Below are positions 62,532 to 64,000 of a DNA stretch of 64,000 nt, one piece after another. How positions within the stretch are numbered: position 1 is the stretch's first letter; every line of letters begins with the position of its first letter. The translations under genes were made by a program, and so were the position numbers. The notes under the pieces were generated by a model. It was not told the origin of the DNA and searched no databases. It saw only the letters and a list, made by a program, of their open reading frames with translations. Location: the NCBI GenBank assembly GCA_965261425.1, contig OZ253452.1, positions 2,592,645 through 2,656,644 of the forward strand, read 5' to 3'. The stretch is from Candidatus Spongiihabitans sp. (GTDB lineage Bacteria > Pseudomonadota > Gammaproteobacteria > Arenicellales > Poriferihabitantaceae).

Positions 62532-62727
62532 GTGCTCGCTCTAGTTCGATACCAGTCAGTTCAAGCGCGATGCTAAGCGTTGTCTTAAGCGTGGCAAGGA
62601 TATGGACAAGTTAAGGGCTGTATTGAACATTCTAGTTGAGCAATCTCCCATTCCTAACACATAGCAAGATCACCCGTTATACGGAAATAGGAAAGGCTAT
62701 CGTGATATTCACATTGAGCCAGATTAA
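62532..62727 (+). pseudogene. yafQ: YafQ toxin, frameshifted, nonsense-mutated and truncated
   Basis: TSQFKRD.KR..KRG...*QDHPL.G...[10 protein letters not shown]. Confidence 0.85.
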
Positions 62728-63116
62728 TGGCGGTGAGTTTGGAAGCCAGAGTCCCGTTACTGGATCATCGCGTGGTGGAGTTTGCACAACGCATACCCAT
62801 GTCGTTAAAGTATCGCGATGGCAAGAGTAAATGGTTATTGCGCGAAGTATTATATCGTTATGTACCACGAAAGTTAATGGAACGCCCAAAAATTGGTTTT
62901 GGTGTACCCATTGATGAATGGCTACGGGGTCCACTACAAGCATGGGCAGAAGAATTGCTCAATGAAAAACGCTTAACAGAACAGGGAGTCTTTTATCCCG
63001 CACCAATTCGCAAAATGTGGCAGGAACACGTTAACGACAAACGCCGTTGGCATTATTATTTATGGGATGTACTCATGTTTCAGGCTTGGTTCGATGAACA
63101 ATAATCTCCAAATAAC

Positions 63117-64000
63117 ATGACAAAACTACTGACCGCACTGCGTGCCGCTGCACAAATGACGCGGTTGCGTATTTTGTCGGTTTTAAGCAACAGTGAATTG
63201 ACCGTATCGGAATTGATGCAAATCCTTGAGCAGAGCCAGCCGAGAGTCAGCCGACATCTGAAGTTGCTGTGTGATTCGGGGTTGTTACAACGGTATCAGG
63301 AGGGGGCATGGGTATTCCATCGAGTTGCTGATAGCGGAGAGATGGCAGAGGTCGCCAGCGGGATTTTGCGAATGATTGAGGTCAACGCGCAGGAATTGCT
63401 TTGCGATCAACAGCGATTACAACACATTAAGCAGACAAACGCCCGCCGTGCATTAGCCTACTTTGACAAAAATGCCGCCGATTGGGACCGTATTCGGAAC
63501 TTAGCGGTGCCAGATGCCCGTATTGAGAACAAACTGCTTGACTGTTTGAGCATCACTAAACCAGCATTATTTTTAGACCTTGGTACTGGCACGGGTAGAA
63601 TTCTGGAAATATTCTCTCCTTATATCAAAAAAGGAGTCGGTATTGATTTGAGTCGGAAGATGTTGCAGGTCGCCCGTTCCAAGCTTGATTCTGCTACCGC
63701 GACAAATTGCTCGGTACGCCAGAATGACATCAACAAATTAGATTTTGAGGATAACACCGTTGATGTCATCACCATTCATCAAGTCCTGCACTATCTTGAG
63801 CAACCGGAATTAGTCATTAAAGAAGCCGCCAGAGTATTAAAATTCGGCGGACAACTGATTATTGTTGATTTTCTGCCTCATGATCTTGAATTCTTGAGAG
63901 AAAAACACGCCCACCGTAGGCTCGGCATCCCCGAACAATCCATCGCTCAATGGGCAGATGCAAACCAATTATCGCTAATCAGTTGCGACAAACTCGCTGA
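63117..64000 (+). CDS. ArsR-HTH + SAM-methyltransferase regulator (SahR-like), truncated by window end
   Basis: TRLRIL..EL.VSEL..SQPRVSRHLK; DLGTGTG; HQVLHY. Confidence 0.85.
   Translation, partial: MTKLLTALRAAAQMTRLRILSVLSNSELTVSELMQILEQSQPRVSRHLKLLCDSGLLQRYQEGAWVFHRVADSGEMAEVASGILRMIEVNAQELLCDQQRLQHIKQTNARRALAYFDKNAADWDRIRNLAVPDARIENKLLDCLSITKPALFLDLGTGTGRILEIFSPYIKKGVGIDLSRKMLQVARSKLDSATATNCSVRQNDINKLDFEDNTVDVITIHQVLHYLEQPELVIKEAARVLKFGGQLIIVDFLPHDLEFLREKHAHRRLGIPEQSIAQWADANQLSLISCDKLA

Larger units (their letters stand above)
62002..63104 (+). pseudogene. asnB: AsnB-like amidotransferase: N-terminal (62002-~62080) and C-terminal (62727-63104) remnants
   Basis: MCGIVG... and [15 protein letters not shown]...RPK.GF.VP. 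Confidence 0.85.

Noticed and set aside
1-64000. tRNA/rRNA genes, integrase or att sites bounding the islands
   Set aside because: None recognisable in the window.

Overview
A ~45% GC window from a marine-type gammaproteobacterium with many IS elements, MITEs/REPs and pseudogenes. (1) 1-13 kb is an accessory island holding an uncharacterised minus-strand operon: J-domain-like gene (pseudo) > secreted thermonuclease-HhH (cut by IS630) > 4-TM coiled-coil protein > secreted vWA-like protein > MotA/ZorA-like > MotB/ZorB-like lacking an OmpA domain. An IS1634 there is flanked by a 648-bp direct repeat. (2) aat, then an 18-kb sugar-acid catabolic island (uxuB, 2x uxuA, nagA-like, nagB-like, GntR, 2 TRAP systems, Gfo/Idh/MocA, idnD) with no uronate isomerase or kinase, suggesting N-acetyl-aminouronate catabolism. 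(3) tatABC, hisI, rimK. (4) TMAO utilisation (tdm / tmoXWV-like). (5) usp, pdxJ. (6) A decaying surface-polysaccharide locus (tviB/tviC-like, glycosyltransferases, flippase, broken asnB) with toxin-dead TA modules. Two IS110 (IS621-like) copies carry readable bridge RNAs whose guides match a host REP, and both sit in that REP inside a MITE. All calls come from reading motifs by eye; no database searches were run.
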